Assembly (NCBI GenBank): GCA_965223845.1 | Contig: CBDCXR010000004.1 | Location: forward strand, 2,720,001-2,784,000 | Source: Planctomycetota bacterium | GTDB lineage: Bacteria; Planctomycetota; UBA8108; SXIK01 | DNA length: 64,000 nt | Direction of reading: 5' to 3' | Shown: positions 1-9,417 of the stretch, one piece after another | How positions within the stretch are numbered: the first letter of the stretch is position 1 | Layout of the letters: each line of letters opens with the position of its first letter | Translations under genes and position numbers: made by a program | Notes under the pieces: generated by a model | Told to the model about the DNA's origin: nothing | The model's database searches: none | What the model saw: only the letters and a program-made list of their open reading frames with translations

Positions 1-254
1 CGGGCTCCTCTGCGAACGGTGGATCACCGAACGCCCGCTAGAACGAGGCTCGATGAAGGATCCGACACGATGGCGGCGCTGGCCATCGCGGCGGTGAATT
101 CCCCCTCGCGGCGTCTCGTGACCTCGGCGTACGGCCTTATCTGGTGGCGATTTACGTCGACGCCGATCCGTCTCGGCGCGGCCGTGTGTCCGCCCGAGCG
201 GCGACGATCGAGGGACCGACTATCGGATCGTGCGCCGGGACGGGAACGCCACGT

Positions 255-1130
255 TCACACCTCGAGCTGAAGCAGCGCTGGATAATCGTCGACCTGACAG
301 CCGATCGTTGCCGGTCCTTCGAGAAGCGACTGCCACTCCGAGCCCGCGAGAGTGGTGATTTCCGGACCGGTGAGCGCGAAGGACTGATCGCCGAAAGCCG
401 CAGAAAGAAAGTGCCCGCAGGTAACGCTCACCACTTCTCCGAGCGCATCGCGTGCCAGCTTCTGCGCGGAGTCGGCTTCGGAGTCGACTCCCATCACGTT
501 GGCCGCGAGTACATCGCAAGCAGACTCGGGTGCGGCGAGCGTCAGCCGACCTCGCCTCGCCCCCTCGAAACGCATCGTCGCTTGGCAGACCGTTCCATCG
601 ACGGCAGCGAGGTCGTCTTTGTCGACGATATCGCAAATCACGAACGCAAGCTTCTGAATCACCGACGCGAAGAGTTGAGCGAACTCATCGCGGACGCTCT
701 CCGGCGACTCGGACTCTCCCCAGTGCTCGTCCACGTCGACGAGACCGTGAACGACGTCCCGCACCATCTCCGGCGTGACCGGCTTCCTCAAGTACTCGCA
801 ACGCGCGAGCGATCTCAGATCTTGGACGCGGTCAGTATTCCCCTCGCTCGTCAGGATGATGATCGGCACGTCGCGCCAGCGAGCGTCCTCGCGCATGCGA
901 TGAGCGAGCATCGCGCCGTCCATGATCGGCATGTTGAGGTCGACGATCGCCAGATGGATTTCGTTTTCCTCGAGCCGCGCAAGCGCGTCCCGACCGTCCT
1001 CCGCCTCGACGATCTCGCCGATCGGCAGCCCGATCAGCCGAAGCGTCTTGCTCAACATCGACCGGATGATCCCGGCGTCATCCACGATCAATACGTTCAG
1101 GTCTCTCGATTCCATCGCTTCACCTGCCAT
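255..1130 (-). CDS. CheY-like receiver fused to a CheX-like domain
   Basis: N-terminal receiver: LIVDD, phospho-Asp in AIVDLNMPIMDG, ILTSEG, LRKP. C-terminal CheX-like fold: ATMRFEGARRGRLTL...LAANVMG...DALGEVVSVTCG. ATG 1130 chosen because it lies just after the cheD stop (1115 is an alternative). Confidence 0.75.
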   Translation of the reverse strand: MAGEAMESRDLNVLIVDDAGIIRSMLSKTLRLIGLPIGEIVEAEDGRDALARLEENEIHLAIVDLNMPIMDGAMLAHRMREDARWRDVPIIILTSEGNTDRVQDLRSLARCEYLRKPVTPEMVRDVVHGLVDVDEHWGESESPESVRDEFAQLFASVIQKLAFVICDIVDKDDLAAVDGTVCQATMRFEGARRGRLTLAAPESACDVLAANVMGVDSEADSAQKLARDALGEVVSVTCGHFLSAAFGDQSFALTGPEITTLAGSEWQSLLEGPATIGCQVDDYPALLQLEV

Positions 1131-1134
1131 CGCA

Positions 1135-1644
1135 TCAAATGACCTTGCTGATTCCGTTCGTTCGCACAATCGTTCTTCCATCCGAGACGCGGATCTTCAT
1201 CGTTCGAGCGCTGCTACCGCCGGTATCCTCACCGGCGAGGAGAATGTTGTTGCGCCACAAGACTCGTCGAAGCACGGCGCAGTTTCGTTCACCGATATTG
1301 AACGGGCATTCGTCGCTGTTCATGCTCGCTCCGCCCGCGACGCGGGCGACGATGTTCTCGCGCTCGACCCCGCAGTCGAACATCGTCTGGAGCAGGCGCA
1401 TGACGCCGAGGTCCGTGAACACACACTCCTCGGCGACAGCGCGCTGCGGATCGAGGGACGACACCGGAAGCATGCAATGGACGAGGCCGGCAATCGCCTG
1501 AACCGGATCGTAGAGCGCGAGCCCGACGCACGAGCCGAGCGAGTACGTCACGAGGGCGTCGTCCCGCGCCGAGCTCGTTCGAAGCTCTCCCAGGGGAACC
1601 ACCGTCCCGCCGGACTGCGTGAGCAGAGATCCAGACACGGTCAC
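1135..1644 (-). CDS. cheD: Chemoreceptor glutamine deamidase CheD
   Basis: LVTYSLGSCVGLALYDP...AGLVHCMLP, VAGGASM, FNIGERN and EDTGG are CheD motifs; chemotaxis gene context. Confidence 0.93.
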   Translation of the reverse strand: MTVSGSLLTQSGGTVVPLGELRTSSARDDALVTYSLGSCVGLALYDPVQAIAGLVHCMLPVSSLDPQRAVAEECVFTDLGVMRLLQTMFDCGVERENIVARVAGGASMNSDECPFNIGERNCAVLRRVLWRNNILLAGEDTGGSSARTMKIRVSDGRTIVRTNGISKVI

Positions 1645-1645
1645 C

Positions 1646-3088
1646 TCACAGGCTGAGGAGCTCTTCCTCCGTAAGCGGGATCACTTGCTCCGGAGAGCGA
1701 GCCGCGGAACGAGCGGCTTTGGTTTCGGCTCCGGATCGCGACTCTCCGACCGCGCGATCGGCCGGCGGGCCCGAGTGCGAGGAGCTCGGCGCCTCGGGAG
1801 TTGAGCCCTCCCCCGCTTCGATGCCGAGGAAATCCGTGAGGCAGCGTATGTGCTCCCCCATCTCACGAACCTGGTCGAAGACGCACTCGGCGATCGAATT
1901 CGCTTGCTGCGACGCCGCGGCGTTCTCCTGGGTCGACTGATCGATCCGCGAAACAGCCTCCGTCACCTGCGTGATTCCCTGCGCCTGCTCCACGCTGGCG
2001 CTCGACACGTGCTGAATCAGCCGCGTCACGTCGAGAGTGCGCTCTTCGATCCGGCCCAGCACCTCGGCCAACTCTTTGCACGCCGCGGCGCCATCGCCCG
2101 CGCTCTGCTTCGACGTTCCGATGAGAGTCGACGTTGTCCTCGCAGCATCGGTACTACGTTTGGCCAAGTTCCTCACCTCCTCGGCCACGACGGCGAAGCC
2201 CTTTCCCGCCTCCCCCGCACGCGCGGCTTCCACGGCGGCATTGAGGGCGAGAAGATTCGTCTGGAACGCGATCCCGTCGATGCTCTGTACGATGTCCCAG
2301 GTTCGGTTGGACGATTCGACGATGTTGGCGATCGTGTCGCTCATCCGAGTCATCGCATCTCGGCTAGCGGCGACCTCGCTCCTCGCGGCGTCCGCCGTTT
2401 GGTTCGCCTCCTTGGCGTTAGCTGCGTTCTGCTGCGTGACCGAAGCCATCTGCTGCAAAGCGGCCGAAGTCTGCTCGAGGTTTCCCGCCTGCTCAACGGC
2501 TCCGCGAGCGATCGAGTGGCTCGTGTGCGCAATCTGCGAAGCGGACTCGTAGACGACGCGCGATGTGGTGGCGAGACCACTGATCGTCTCCTCGAGCTCG
2601 CCTTCCGCCCCCAAGCCGAATCGCCGAAGCACGAAGGCCGTCACCCCGCAAGCCCCTCCGGTCGCAAGCACGAGAAAGAGAAAGCGTGTCCACACCGAGC
2701 CCGTCTCTCGAGCTTGTACGAGGACTCGTCCGAGCGTTCGCCCATCCGCGTCGGTGATCGGAGCCGCGGCACCTCCCTCCGCCGTCGAGTCCCACGTTCC
2801 GAACGTGGCCACGGGGCTCCCCGCTGACTCCACGCGAACGGAAATCTCGCTCCGCCCATTCAGCACGGCACTCAAGTAGCTCTCCGCGGCGTCTTTGCCG
2901 TCGCCGAAAATCGGAGCGAGAGTGCCGGCGAGCCCGTCGGCCGCGACTCCGAGGGCCGCATGCGCCGCTTTTGAATCGCGCCCAGAAAATGCGGGCGCGA
3001 GCAGCAGCGCGAGGAAACAGCTTCCTCCGACACAAACGAGAGCGGTGCGACTCACGCGACGTCGCAGGCTGTTTGGATTGATGACCAT
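1646..3088 (-). CDS. Methyl-accepting chemotaxis protein
   Basis: Hairpin tip [40 protein letters not shown]; two hydrophobic segments flanking a short periplasmic region. ATG 3088 has GAGG upstream; the longer ORF overlaps cheW. Confidence 0.93.
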   Translation of the reverse strand: MVINPNSLRRRVSRTALVCVGGSCFLALLLAPAFSGRDSKAAHAALGVAADGLAGTLAPIFGDGKDAAESYLSAVLNGRSEISVRVESAGSPVATFGTWDSTAEGGAAAPITDADGRTLGRVLVQARETGSVWTRFLFLVLATGGACGVTAFVLRRFGLGAEGELEETISGLATTSRVVYESASQIAHTSHSIARGAVEQAGNLEQTSAALQQMASVTQQNAANAKEANQTADAARSEVAASRDAMTRMSDTIANIVESSNRTWDIVQSIDGIAFQTNLLALNAAVEAARAGEAGKGFAVVAEEVRNLAKRSTDAARTTSTLIGTSKQSAGDGAAACKELAEVLGRIEERTLDVTRLIQHVSSASVEQAQGITQVTEAVSRIDQSTQENAAASQQANSIAECVFDQVREMGEHIRCLTDFLGIEAGEGSTPEAPSSSHSGPPADRAVGESRSGAETKAARSAARSPEQVIPLTEEELLSL

Positions 3089-3098
3089 GCCGACCTCG

Positions 3099-3686
3099 CT
3101 ATTCGTGCGCCGATTCAAGGCTCGGGGAGTTGGCCGGGAGAAACTCCGTCGCGTCATCATTGTTGCCGCTAGCGTCGTCCCACACGGCGTCGACGATCGA
3201 CGAGTGCTGTGCCGCCGAAAGCAGTCGATCGAGATCGAGGAGTGTGAGCACCCACTCGTCGCTCTTCGCCATCCCCTGAATGAAGCCGCAGTCGTCATTC
3301 TCGGCGAGGAGGCGCGGCTTTTCGATGTCCTCCGGCGAGACGTCGATGACTTCACTGACCTCGTCGACGAGCAGACCGACTCGCCCGGAGTCGGACTCGC
3401 CCGAGAGCTGAACGACGATGATGCAGTTGCGTCCTTTTTCCTCGCGCGGACCGAGCTCGAACAGGATCCCGAGATCCACGACGGGGATGATCTTTCCTCG
3501 GAGATTGATCACGCCCCGAACACACGGTGGCGTGCGCGGAACTTCGGTGATGCTCACGCAGCCGATGATCTCCTGCACCCGCAGGATCTCGAGACCGTAG
3601 TGCTCGGCTCCGAGCGCGAACGAAAGGTATCGGTCGTAGCGGCGATCGGCGTGGACCTTGCTCGCCATGCGCTTCTCCTCTGTCAT
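3099..3686 (-). CDS. cheW: Chemotaxis coupling protein CheW
   Basis: [22 protein letters not shown]...[24 protein letters not shown]...[11 protein letters not shown]. Confidence 0.95.
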   Translation of the reverse strand: MTEEKRMASKVHADRRYDRYLSFALGAEHYGLEILRVQEIIGCVSITEVPRTPPCVRGVINLRGKIIPVVDLGILFELGPREEKGRNCIIVVQLSGESDSGRVGLLVDEVSEVIDVSPEDIEKPRLLAENDDCGFIQGMAKSDEWVLTLLDLDRLLSAAQHSSIVDAVWDDASGNNDDATEFLPANSPSLESAHE

Positions 3687-5731
3687 TCGATCCCGCCGTC
3701 TTCGCGGTGCTGCAAAACTCGATGGAGTTGGATCACCCCGGGAACGTCAAGTATGAGACCGACGCGGCCGTCCGGCATGACCGCCCCCCCGGAGACCCCC
3801 GGAACGGCTTGCATTCCCTCGCCCAAGGTCTTCACGACAATCTGTTGCTGTCCGGTTAGATCGTCGGCCAGCAGACCGATCACAGCGCCCTCGGATTCCG
3901 AAATGATGACCGTACCCGCGTCCTCGCGTGCGCCCCCTCCGGAGCATTCGTCCCCGGCGGAGATTCCGAGCACCTCTCGCAAGCGAATCAACGGGATCAG
4001 CTCATCTTGGACCCGGAGAAGCTCGGCTTGATTCGCAACGGTGCTGATGTCTTCGGGCCGAAAGGGCACGGCTCTTCGCATCGACAAGGTCGGAATGATA
4101 TAGTCGTATTTACCTACTCGGATGATCATGCCCTCGATCATCGCGACCGTGAGAGGCAAACGGAGCAGGACCGTGGTCCCGCGTCCGACTTCCGAACGGA
4201 TCGTGACTCGGCCGCGCAGCTGATCGACGGTCTCGCGGACGACGTCCATACCGACGCCACGGCCCGATATGCTGGTCACTTCGGCGGCGGTCGAGAATCC
4301 CGGACGGAACACGAGAGCGAGCGCCTCCTCGCGTGTGAGCGATTCGTCGGAGCCAATAAGCCCGCGCTCGACCGCTTTCCGATGCACGGCGTCGGCATCG
4401 ATGCCTCGACCGTCATCGCGGATTTCGACGAAGATGTTCCCGCCGCGCTGGAACGCGCGAAACGAGATTCGAGCGATGCGACTCTTGCCCGCCGCCTCTC
4501 GCTCGCTCGCCGCTTCAAGTCCGTGATCGATGGCGTTGCGAACGATGTGGACCAGAGCATCCTGAATCTGATCGACGATACTGCGGTCGAGCTCGATCTC
4601 TCCGCCCTCGTGTTCGAACGAGATAGGCTTCCCGAAACGCTTCGAGAGGTCTCGAACCAAGCGGCGGATCTTTCGCATCGTCGCGAGGAGCGGCACCATC
4701 CGGAGCGACATGCCGACTTCCTGCACCTGACGGGTGATCTTTCGGACCGCCATCATCTTCTCTGCCGCGAGATCGTCGTGGTCGCCGTCCGCGACGGAAA
4801 CCGCGACGACGAGCTCGCCGATCGAGTCGAGAAGAGAGTCGAGTCGCCGGGCGTCCACCTTGACCGAGTGGTCGTCCGAGCGGTACGACTCGCGAACGGC
4901 AGCCGTAGCGGCATCCAGCGACTCTAGGTCACCGGCCGACCGGTCGCGTACGCGCGCTTCCGCGGCCACGCGGCTCACGCGCCCCATCAGTTCGGCGAGG
5001 TCGTTAGATGAGACGACACGCCCGCCGGTGGCGCCGGCCTCGGTCGTGAGGGACTTCAATCGGTCGCACACCTCGAAGAGAACGTCGACCACCGCGTCGT
5101 CGCAGCGCGCCTTGCCATCGCGAAGATCCTGGAGCAGATTCTCGGTGTGATGCGTGAGCTGCGAGATGGAGTCGAGCCCGAGAAACGCGGCGACCCCTTT
5201 GATGGTGTGGATCGAGCGAAAGAGGCCGTTCAGGCTCTCCTGGTCGTTCGGCGACTCCTCGAGGTTGAGGAGGCAGGAGGCGGCGAGATCGAGATGCTCG
5301 GACGCTTCGGAGACGAACTCATCGAGGAACTCGGCGTTGCCGTGGAGAAAGGAGTCTCCGGCCCCGTCGCCACCGCGCCGGTCCTCGAGTTGACGGGAGA
5401 CCTCGTCGGCGACCCGAGCGACGGCCGTCTCGTCGACAGTGCCGGTCGCGAGTCCGCGCAGGATCTCGAGCGCTTCGCGCTGCGCCCATCCGGCGGTGAC
5501 CCCGTCGCTCAGTTCGTCGTCGAGCTCGTGCACTCGGGACACCGCGCCGACGAGGCTCACCACCGCGTCGCGATCCGATCGCTCGGGCCAGGCGTCTGCG
5601 AGCCGGCACATCTCTTCGAGCACGTACGTACGCGTCGATGCCCGTTCGAGACTCCGTCCGGTCGTACTGTCGCACAACTTGACGAGAGCGTCGCAAATGG
5701 TCTCGTAGGTGAGGGAAGCCGTTTCGTCCAT
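3683..5731 (-). CDS. cheA: Chemotaxis histidine kinase CheA with N-terminal extension
   Basis: HPt LFRSIHTIKG; HATPase boxes HIVRNAIDHG, DDGRGID, FRPGFSTA, GRGVGMDVV; C-terminal CheW domain. Start uncertain (5731 or 5764). Confidence 0.95.
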   Translation of the reverse strand: MDETASLTYETICDALVKLCDSTTGRSLERASTRTYVLEEMCRLADAWPERSDRDAVVSLVGAVSRVHELDDELSDGVTAGWAQREALEILRGLATGTVDETAVARVADEVSRQLEDRRGGDGAGDSFLHGNAEFLDEFVSEASEHLDLAASCLLNLEESPNDQESLNGLFRSIHTIKGVAAFLGLDSISQLTHHTENLLQDLRDGKARCDDAVVDVLFEVCDRLKSLTTEAGATGGRVVSSNDLAELMGRVSRVAAEARVRDRSAGDLESLDAATAAVRESYRSDDHSVKVDARRLDSLLDSIGELVVAVSVADGDHDDLAAEKMMAVRKITRQVQEVGMSLRMVPLLATMRKIRRLVRDLSKRFGKPISFEHEGGEIELDRSIVDQIQDALVHIVRNAIDHGLEAASEREAAGKSRIARISFRAFQRGGNIFVEIRDDGRGIDADAVHRKAVERGLIGSDESLTREEALALVFRPGFSTAAEVTSISGRGVGMDVVRETVDQLRGRVTIRSEVGRGTTVLLRLPLTVAMIEGMIIRVGKYDYIIPTLSMRRAVPFRPEDISTVANQAELLRVQDELIPLIRLREVLGISAGDECSGGGAREDAGTVIISESEGAVIGLLADDLTGQQQIVVKTLGEGMQAVPGVSGGAVMPDGRVGLILDVPGVIQLHRVLQHREDGGIE

Positions 5732-6047
5732 GCGCGACGTAGGACCGGTGCGGCGAGCGCCCACAACAGAGGGTTCGTCCCCACGCGGTGACGCATCGCC
5801 CTCGGCGAGTACACTCGGTTACAGATCGAGCTTCGGGAAATCGAGAGACGCTGCGCGTCCACTTGAACCCGGTCGTCTCGCCAGCTCCCACGCCGCCCTC
5901 GAGGCCGAAGCGCGCACTGACGAGTCCGAGAGGGGAACGGGACTCGTCACGGTCTCGTTCCTGACTTCGGCGCGTATCGCGACCGAACTGGTGACGGGCA
6001 GAACTTATCAGTCCGCGGGCGAGGCCGGCGGTCTCACTGAAGGCCCG

Positions 6048-6899
6048 TTATCGCCCGCTCGGACCGTCGTACTCGGGCCCGCGGAAGTGCTTGCTCGCGT
6101 CGCGAAGAAAGGTGAGCTCGTCGCCACTCAAGCTGTCGTAGCCGTGGGCGCTGATCTTATCGAGGAGGTGGTCGACCTGCCGACGGATCTCGCGCACGTT
6201 TCGCCGGTGCATCTCTTCCGAGCGCTCGCGGCGCAAGAGAAGCCACTGTTCGTAGCGGGGAAGCGCCCACGTGAACCCCAGCGCGAGTGGGACGCCGGCC
6301 AGCTGCGGAAGGAGGATCGGGCGCAGCTCGACTCCAGCGGCGCTGATCGGAGTCTCGATCAAATAGAGGCCCGCGCCGCCGAGAAAAATGGCCGACCAGA
6401 CGAGATACCGAACCCGCGGCAAGCTTCCCCACCGAACGTCCGGAAACAAAACGCCGGTCGCGACGAGCGAGCCGAGAGCGAGACTCGACGAACCACACGA
6501 ATACCCCCCGCCGAACCAGCCGCCGCTCGCGAGGGTCGCGACGGTCCCGCCCCACGAACAGACGAAATAGAACACGAGGAAACGCGGCGTGCCCCACCTC
6601 GACTCGAGCAGGCGCCCGAGACAGACGACGACGAGGAGATTGACGATGAGCTGGAGTCCGCTCGTGTGGTAGAGGTGCGAAGCGAGCACGCTCTCGAAGC
6701 TCGGCCCCGAGACGCCCTCCTCGGCCGCCTCCACGCTCGGGACGAGCATGACGATCTTCCAGTCGCCGACCTCGGCGACCTGACCGCCACGCCCCTGGAG
6801 CCAGAGAATCAGCGAGACGACAAAGAACACCATGACGAGCGGCGCGCGTGCGAGCCGAGCGGCAGAGCGGCTGCCCGAGCTGTTCTCTGAATGCGTCAC
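6048..6899 (-). CDS. Rhomboid-family membrane protein with C-terminal DUF6576-like domain, probably catalytically inactive
   Basis: Multiple TM segments; LGRLLESRWGTPRFLVFY rhomboid motif; C-terminal VDHLLDKISAHGYDSLS. The catalytic His position reads Gln (PQLAG). Confidence 0.8.
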   Translation of the reverse strand: MTHSENSSGSRSAARLARAPLVMVFFVVSLILWLQGRGGQVAEVGDWKIVMLVPSVEAAEEGVSGPSFESVLASHLYHTSGLQLIVNLLVVVCLGRLLESRWGTPRFLVFYFVCSWGGTVATLASGGWFGGGYSCGSSSLALGSLVATGVLFPDVRWGSLPRVRYLVWSAIFLGGAGLYLIETPISAAGVELRPILLPQLAGVPLALGFTWALPRYEQWLLLRRERSEEMHRRNVREIRRQVDHLLDKISAHGYDSLSGDELTFLRDASKHFRGPEYDGPSGR

Positions 6900-6953
6900 A
6901 GCGGATTCGGCCTCCGCGCCGACTCCCTACGAACCGGTTCGTCCCTCGACACG

Positions 6954-6962
6954 ATTGTAGCA
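6954..6962 (-). promoter_or_regulatory. Extended -10 promoter (TGcTACAAT) upstream of the rhomboid gene
   Basis: Minus strand reads gagTGcTACAATcg about 55 nt upstream of the start; no clear -35. Confidence 0.4.
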
Positions 6963-7200
6963 CTCGCGCCGGCGCTCGGGACGCGCCAAGATCTCACGGC
7001 CCGCACCAGCGTCGCGGAGGCGAGCGGCCGGCACGGCGTCGGATCGCGAGGAAGCGGGGACGAGAGCAGCCCGCTCGCGCCGAGAGACGCCGCGCGGCAT
7101 CCCTTCGGCGTCCGATCGCACCGCCTGCGGCGGACGATCGAGACCCACACGGAACGCGAACCATTCCGAGTCGGGCGATTCTCCCGAACGGCTCGGGCTC

Positions 7201-7398
7201 GAGAAACCCCCGGCCCGGAACAGCGAGCCAAAGGCGAGCCTCATAGGCATGAACGAAAGCCCCGACGCCTCGCGAGGAATCCTCGGCCCCGAGCAGCGAG
7301 CCAAAGGCGAGCCTCATAGGCGTGAACGAAAGCCCCGACGCTCGCGAGAAACCCCCGGCCCGGAGCAGCGAGCCAAAGGCGAGCCTCATCGGGGTGAA
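7201..7398. repeat. Intergenic tandem repeat, ~2.7 copies of a 72-73 bp unit (REP-like)
   Basis: Core cagcgagccaaaggcgagcctcat starts at 7221, 7294 and 7366; the intervening sequence is also conserved. Confidence 0.9.
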
Positions 7399-7447
7399 TT
7401 CGTTCCGGCGAAGCCGGAACGAAGAGGGGGCTTTGCGAAAGCCCCCT
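7399..7447. repeat. Two adjacent perfect hairpins downstream of rpsI (REP-like or terminator)
   Basis: ttcgttccggc-gaa-gccggaacgaa (11 bp stem) and agggggcttt-gcg-aaagccccct (10 bp stem). Confidence 0.7.
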
Positions 7448-7462
7448 AAAAAACCCGCCGCT

Positions 7463-7870
7463 CTACCGCTTCGAGAACTGGAAGCTGCGGCGCGCGCCAG
7501 CGAGGCCGTACTTCTTTCGTTCCTTCTGCCGCGAATCTCGCGTGAGGAACTTTCCCTCTCGCAGGACCTCTTCGTGGGCTTCGTTCGCCGCGAGGAGGGC
7601 GCGGGCGAGCCCGAGCGAGATCGCGCCGGCCTGCCCGGACATCCCGCCGCCCCGCGCATTGACGAAGACGTCGTACGACTTGGTCTCGCGCGTGGCGAGA
7701 AGCGGAGCGCGCACGACTTGACGATCGCGCTCGTCCCCGAAGTAGTCTTTGAGCCGACGCTTGTTCACGTAGATGTTGCCCGTTCCCCCCGCCTTGAGTC
7801 GCACTCGCGCGATCGCGGTCTTTCGCCGGCCAGTGCCCCAGATGTAGGGATCGGTCTTCGCCTTCGCCAT
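7463..7870 (-). CDS. rpsI: 30S ribosomal protein S9
   Basis: GTGRRKTAIARV, GGGMSGQAGAI, LTRDSRQKERKKYGLAGARRSFQFSKR. Confidence 0.99.
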   Translation of the reverse strand: MAKAKTDPYIWGTGRRKTAIARVRLKAGGTGNIYVNKRRLKDYFGDERDRQVVRAPLLATRETKSYDVFVNARGGGMSGQAGAISLGLARALLAANEAHEEVLREGKFLTRDSRQKERKKYGLAGARRSFQFSKR

Positions 7871-7953
7871 GCTGTCTTCGTCTCCGGTTCGAGCCGGTCA
7901 CGCACGCGCGACGACTCGCAAAAGTTTCTGTGAACTGGGACGCCCTCTCGGCC

Positions 7954-8406
7954 TTAGGAGCTCGCCGACCGCTTCCGGGGCACGTCGACCTTTTGCGGGT
8001 TCTGCGCGGCGTGAGGATGATCGTCTCCGCCGTAGACGTGTAGCCGTCGCAGCATGCTGCGACCGAGCTTGGTCTTCGGAAGCATCCGCCGAATCGCGAG
8101 CTCGACGATGCGCTCGGGCTTCTTCTGCTGAATCTCGGTGAAGCTCTCTTCGACCAGGTGGCCTACCCAACCGGTGTGACGCCGGTACACTTTGTTCTCG
8201 CGCTTCGCGCCCGAGACGTTCACTCCCTCGGCGCCGGTGACGACGACGAAGTCGCCGCCGTCGACCCCCGGAGTGAATGTCGCCTTCTCCTTCCCCATGA
8301 GAAGGTTCGCGGCCTTGACGGCGAGATGGCCGAGGGTCTGGTCGCGGGCATCGAGATGATGCCAGGCGCGCACGACATCCTCGTTTCGCATCCTGAACGT
8401 TTTCAT
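7954..8406 (-). CDS. rplM: 50S ribosomal protein L13
   Basis: WHHLDA..TLGHLA...LMGKEKATFTPGVDGGDFVVV, RRMLPKTKLGR, HPHAAQNP; lies upstream of rpsI. Confidence 0.99.
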   Translation of the reverse strand: MKTFRMRNEDVVRAWHHLDARDQTLGHLAVKAANLLMGKEKATFTPGVDGGDFVVVTGAEGVNVSGAKRENKVYRRHTGWVGHLVEESFTEIQQKKPERIVELAIRRMLPKTKLGRSMLRRLHVYGGDDHPHAAQNPQKVDVPRKRSASS

Positions 8407-8519
8407 CGATAGCGTCTTCTGCGATCTCTATGGACGGGGTCTCATCGCCGCCCCGCCGGAAGGGGCGTGGGTCGGCTCTCGGCCGCAGACCGGCCGGAGC
8501 CCCGCGGCGAAGACGGCCA

Positions 8520-8548
8520 ATCGTACAGATCCCGCCCCCCCATTGCAA
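8520..8548 (-). promoter_or_regulatory. Sigma70-type promoter of rplM-rpsI
   Basis: Minus strand TTGCAA-17 nt-TACGAT, about 110 nt upstream of rplM. Confidence 0.65.
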
Positions 8549-8583
8549 CCCGCTCGGACGGGGTCCCCGCACCTCCTGCCGCC

Positions 8584-9309
8584 TCAATCTCCCGGCTGCC
8601 CGAGGAGCCAGAGCGCCGCGGCCACGGCCACCGCCGTCGGAGTCCGGAGGACCGGGACGGGAAGCCGGCGGACCTCCCAGCCGAGGGACTCGGCGGCCTC
8701 CCGTTCGCTCGCCGAGAACCCACCTTCCGGACCGATCGCGACGGTACGGCTCGCCGCCCGACCGGCCGCCGCGTCGAGAAGACTCCCGGCGGGATCGAGC
8801 AGGATCCGTCTCTCCTGCGCCCCGGCGGGTCGAGCGAGCCACACGCGCAGATCTTCGGCCGCTTCGAGCTCGAGCGGCGTCGCTCGGCCGCACTGCTTCA
8901 TCGCCTCGGTGATGACTCGATCGCAGCGCGAGCGCCGCCGGGACTCGTCCCATTTCACGATCGTCCGCTCGGTCCGGAGCGGCGCGACCGCGTCGACACC
9001 GAGCTCGACGGCCGCCCGGAGCGCGGTGTCGAACGCCGCTCCTTTGACGACCGCGATCCCGAGCCGAAGGCCGCCCCCCGCGCGCGAATCGGGGGCATCG
9101 ATTTCCGCCGTGACTCGCACCCGGGCCTGACGCCCGTCCTCGTTCGCTTCGACGACTCCACGGAACACTCCGTTCGGCGCGAGGACCTCGACGCCGTCAC
9201 CGAGCCCCCGGCGGAGGACGGTGACGAGATGACGTCCTTCCGCCGCGGATAGCTCGGCGGTCGAACCGACATCGAGCGGGACGTCGACCGTGACACGCGG
9301 GGTACGCAC
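8584..9309 (-). CDS. rsmE: 16S rRNA m3U1498 methyltransferase RsmE
   Basis: HLVTVLR, AVELGV, EAMKQCGR, IGPEGGFSASE, VLRTPTA (SPOUT motifs). Confidence 0.93.
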   Translation of the reverse strand: MRTPRVTVDVPLDVGSTAELSAAEGRHLVTVLRRGLGDGVEVLAPNGVFRGVVEANEDGRQARVRVTAEIDAPDSRAGGGLRLGIAVVKGAAFDTALRAAVELGVDAVAPLRTERTIVKWDESRRRSRCDRVITEAMKQCGRATPLELEAAEDLRVWLARPAGAQERRILLDPAGSLLDAAAGRAASRTVAIGPEGGFSASEREAAESLGWEVRRLPVPVLRTPTAVAVAAALWLLGQPGD

Positions 9310-9417
9310 GAACGTGAGTCCTTTCTTTTCCGAAGGTCGCGGGTGGCTCGACCCCGTCCGATTCTACTTCGGCCGGTGAACGCGATTCCAAAGACGCGCT
9401 TCGCTTGCGCCGCTCCC

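Noticed and set aside
1-254. Gene at the left edge
   Set aside because: No recognisable protein motif in any frame.
7201-7398. CRISPR array
   Set aside because: The would-be spacers are near-identical, there are only three units, and no cas genes are present; this is a tandem repeat.
7425-7453. Canonical intrinsic terminator for rpsI
   Set aside because: On the rpsI strand the T-run precedes the hairpin rather than following it; kept only as a hairpin/REP-like element.
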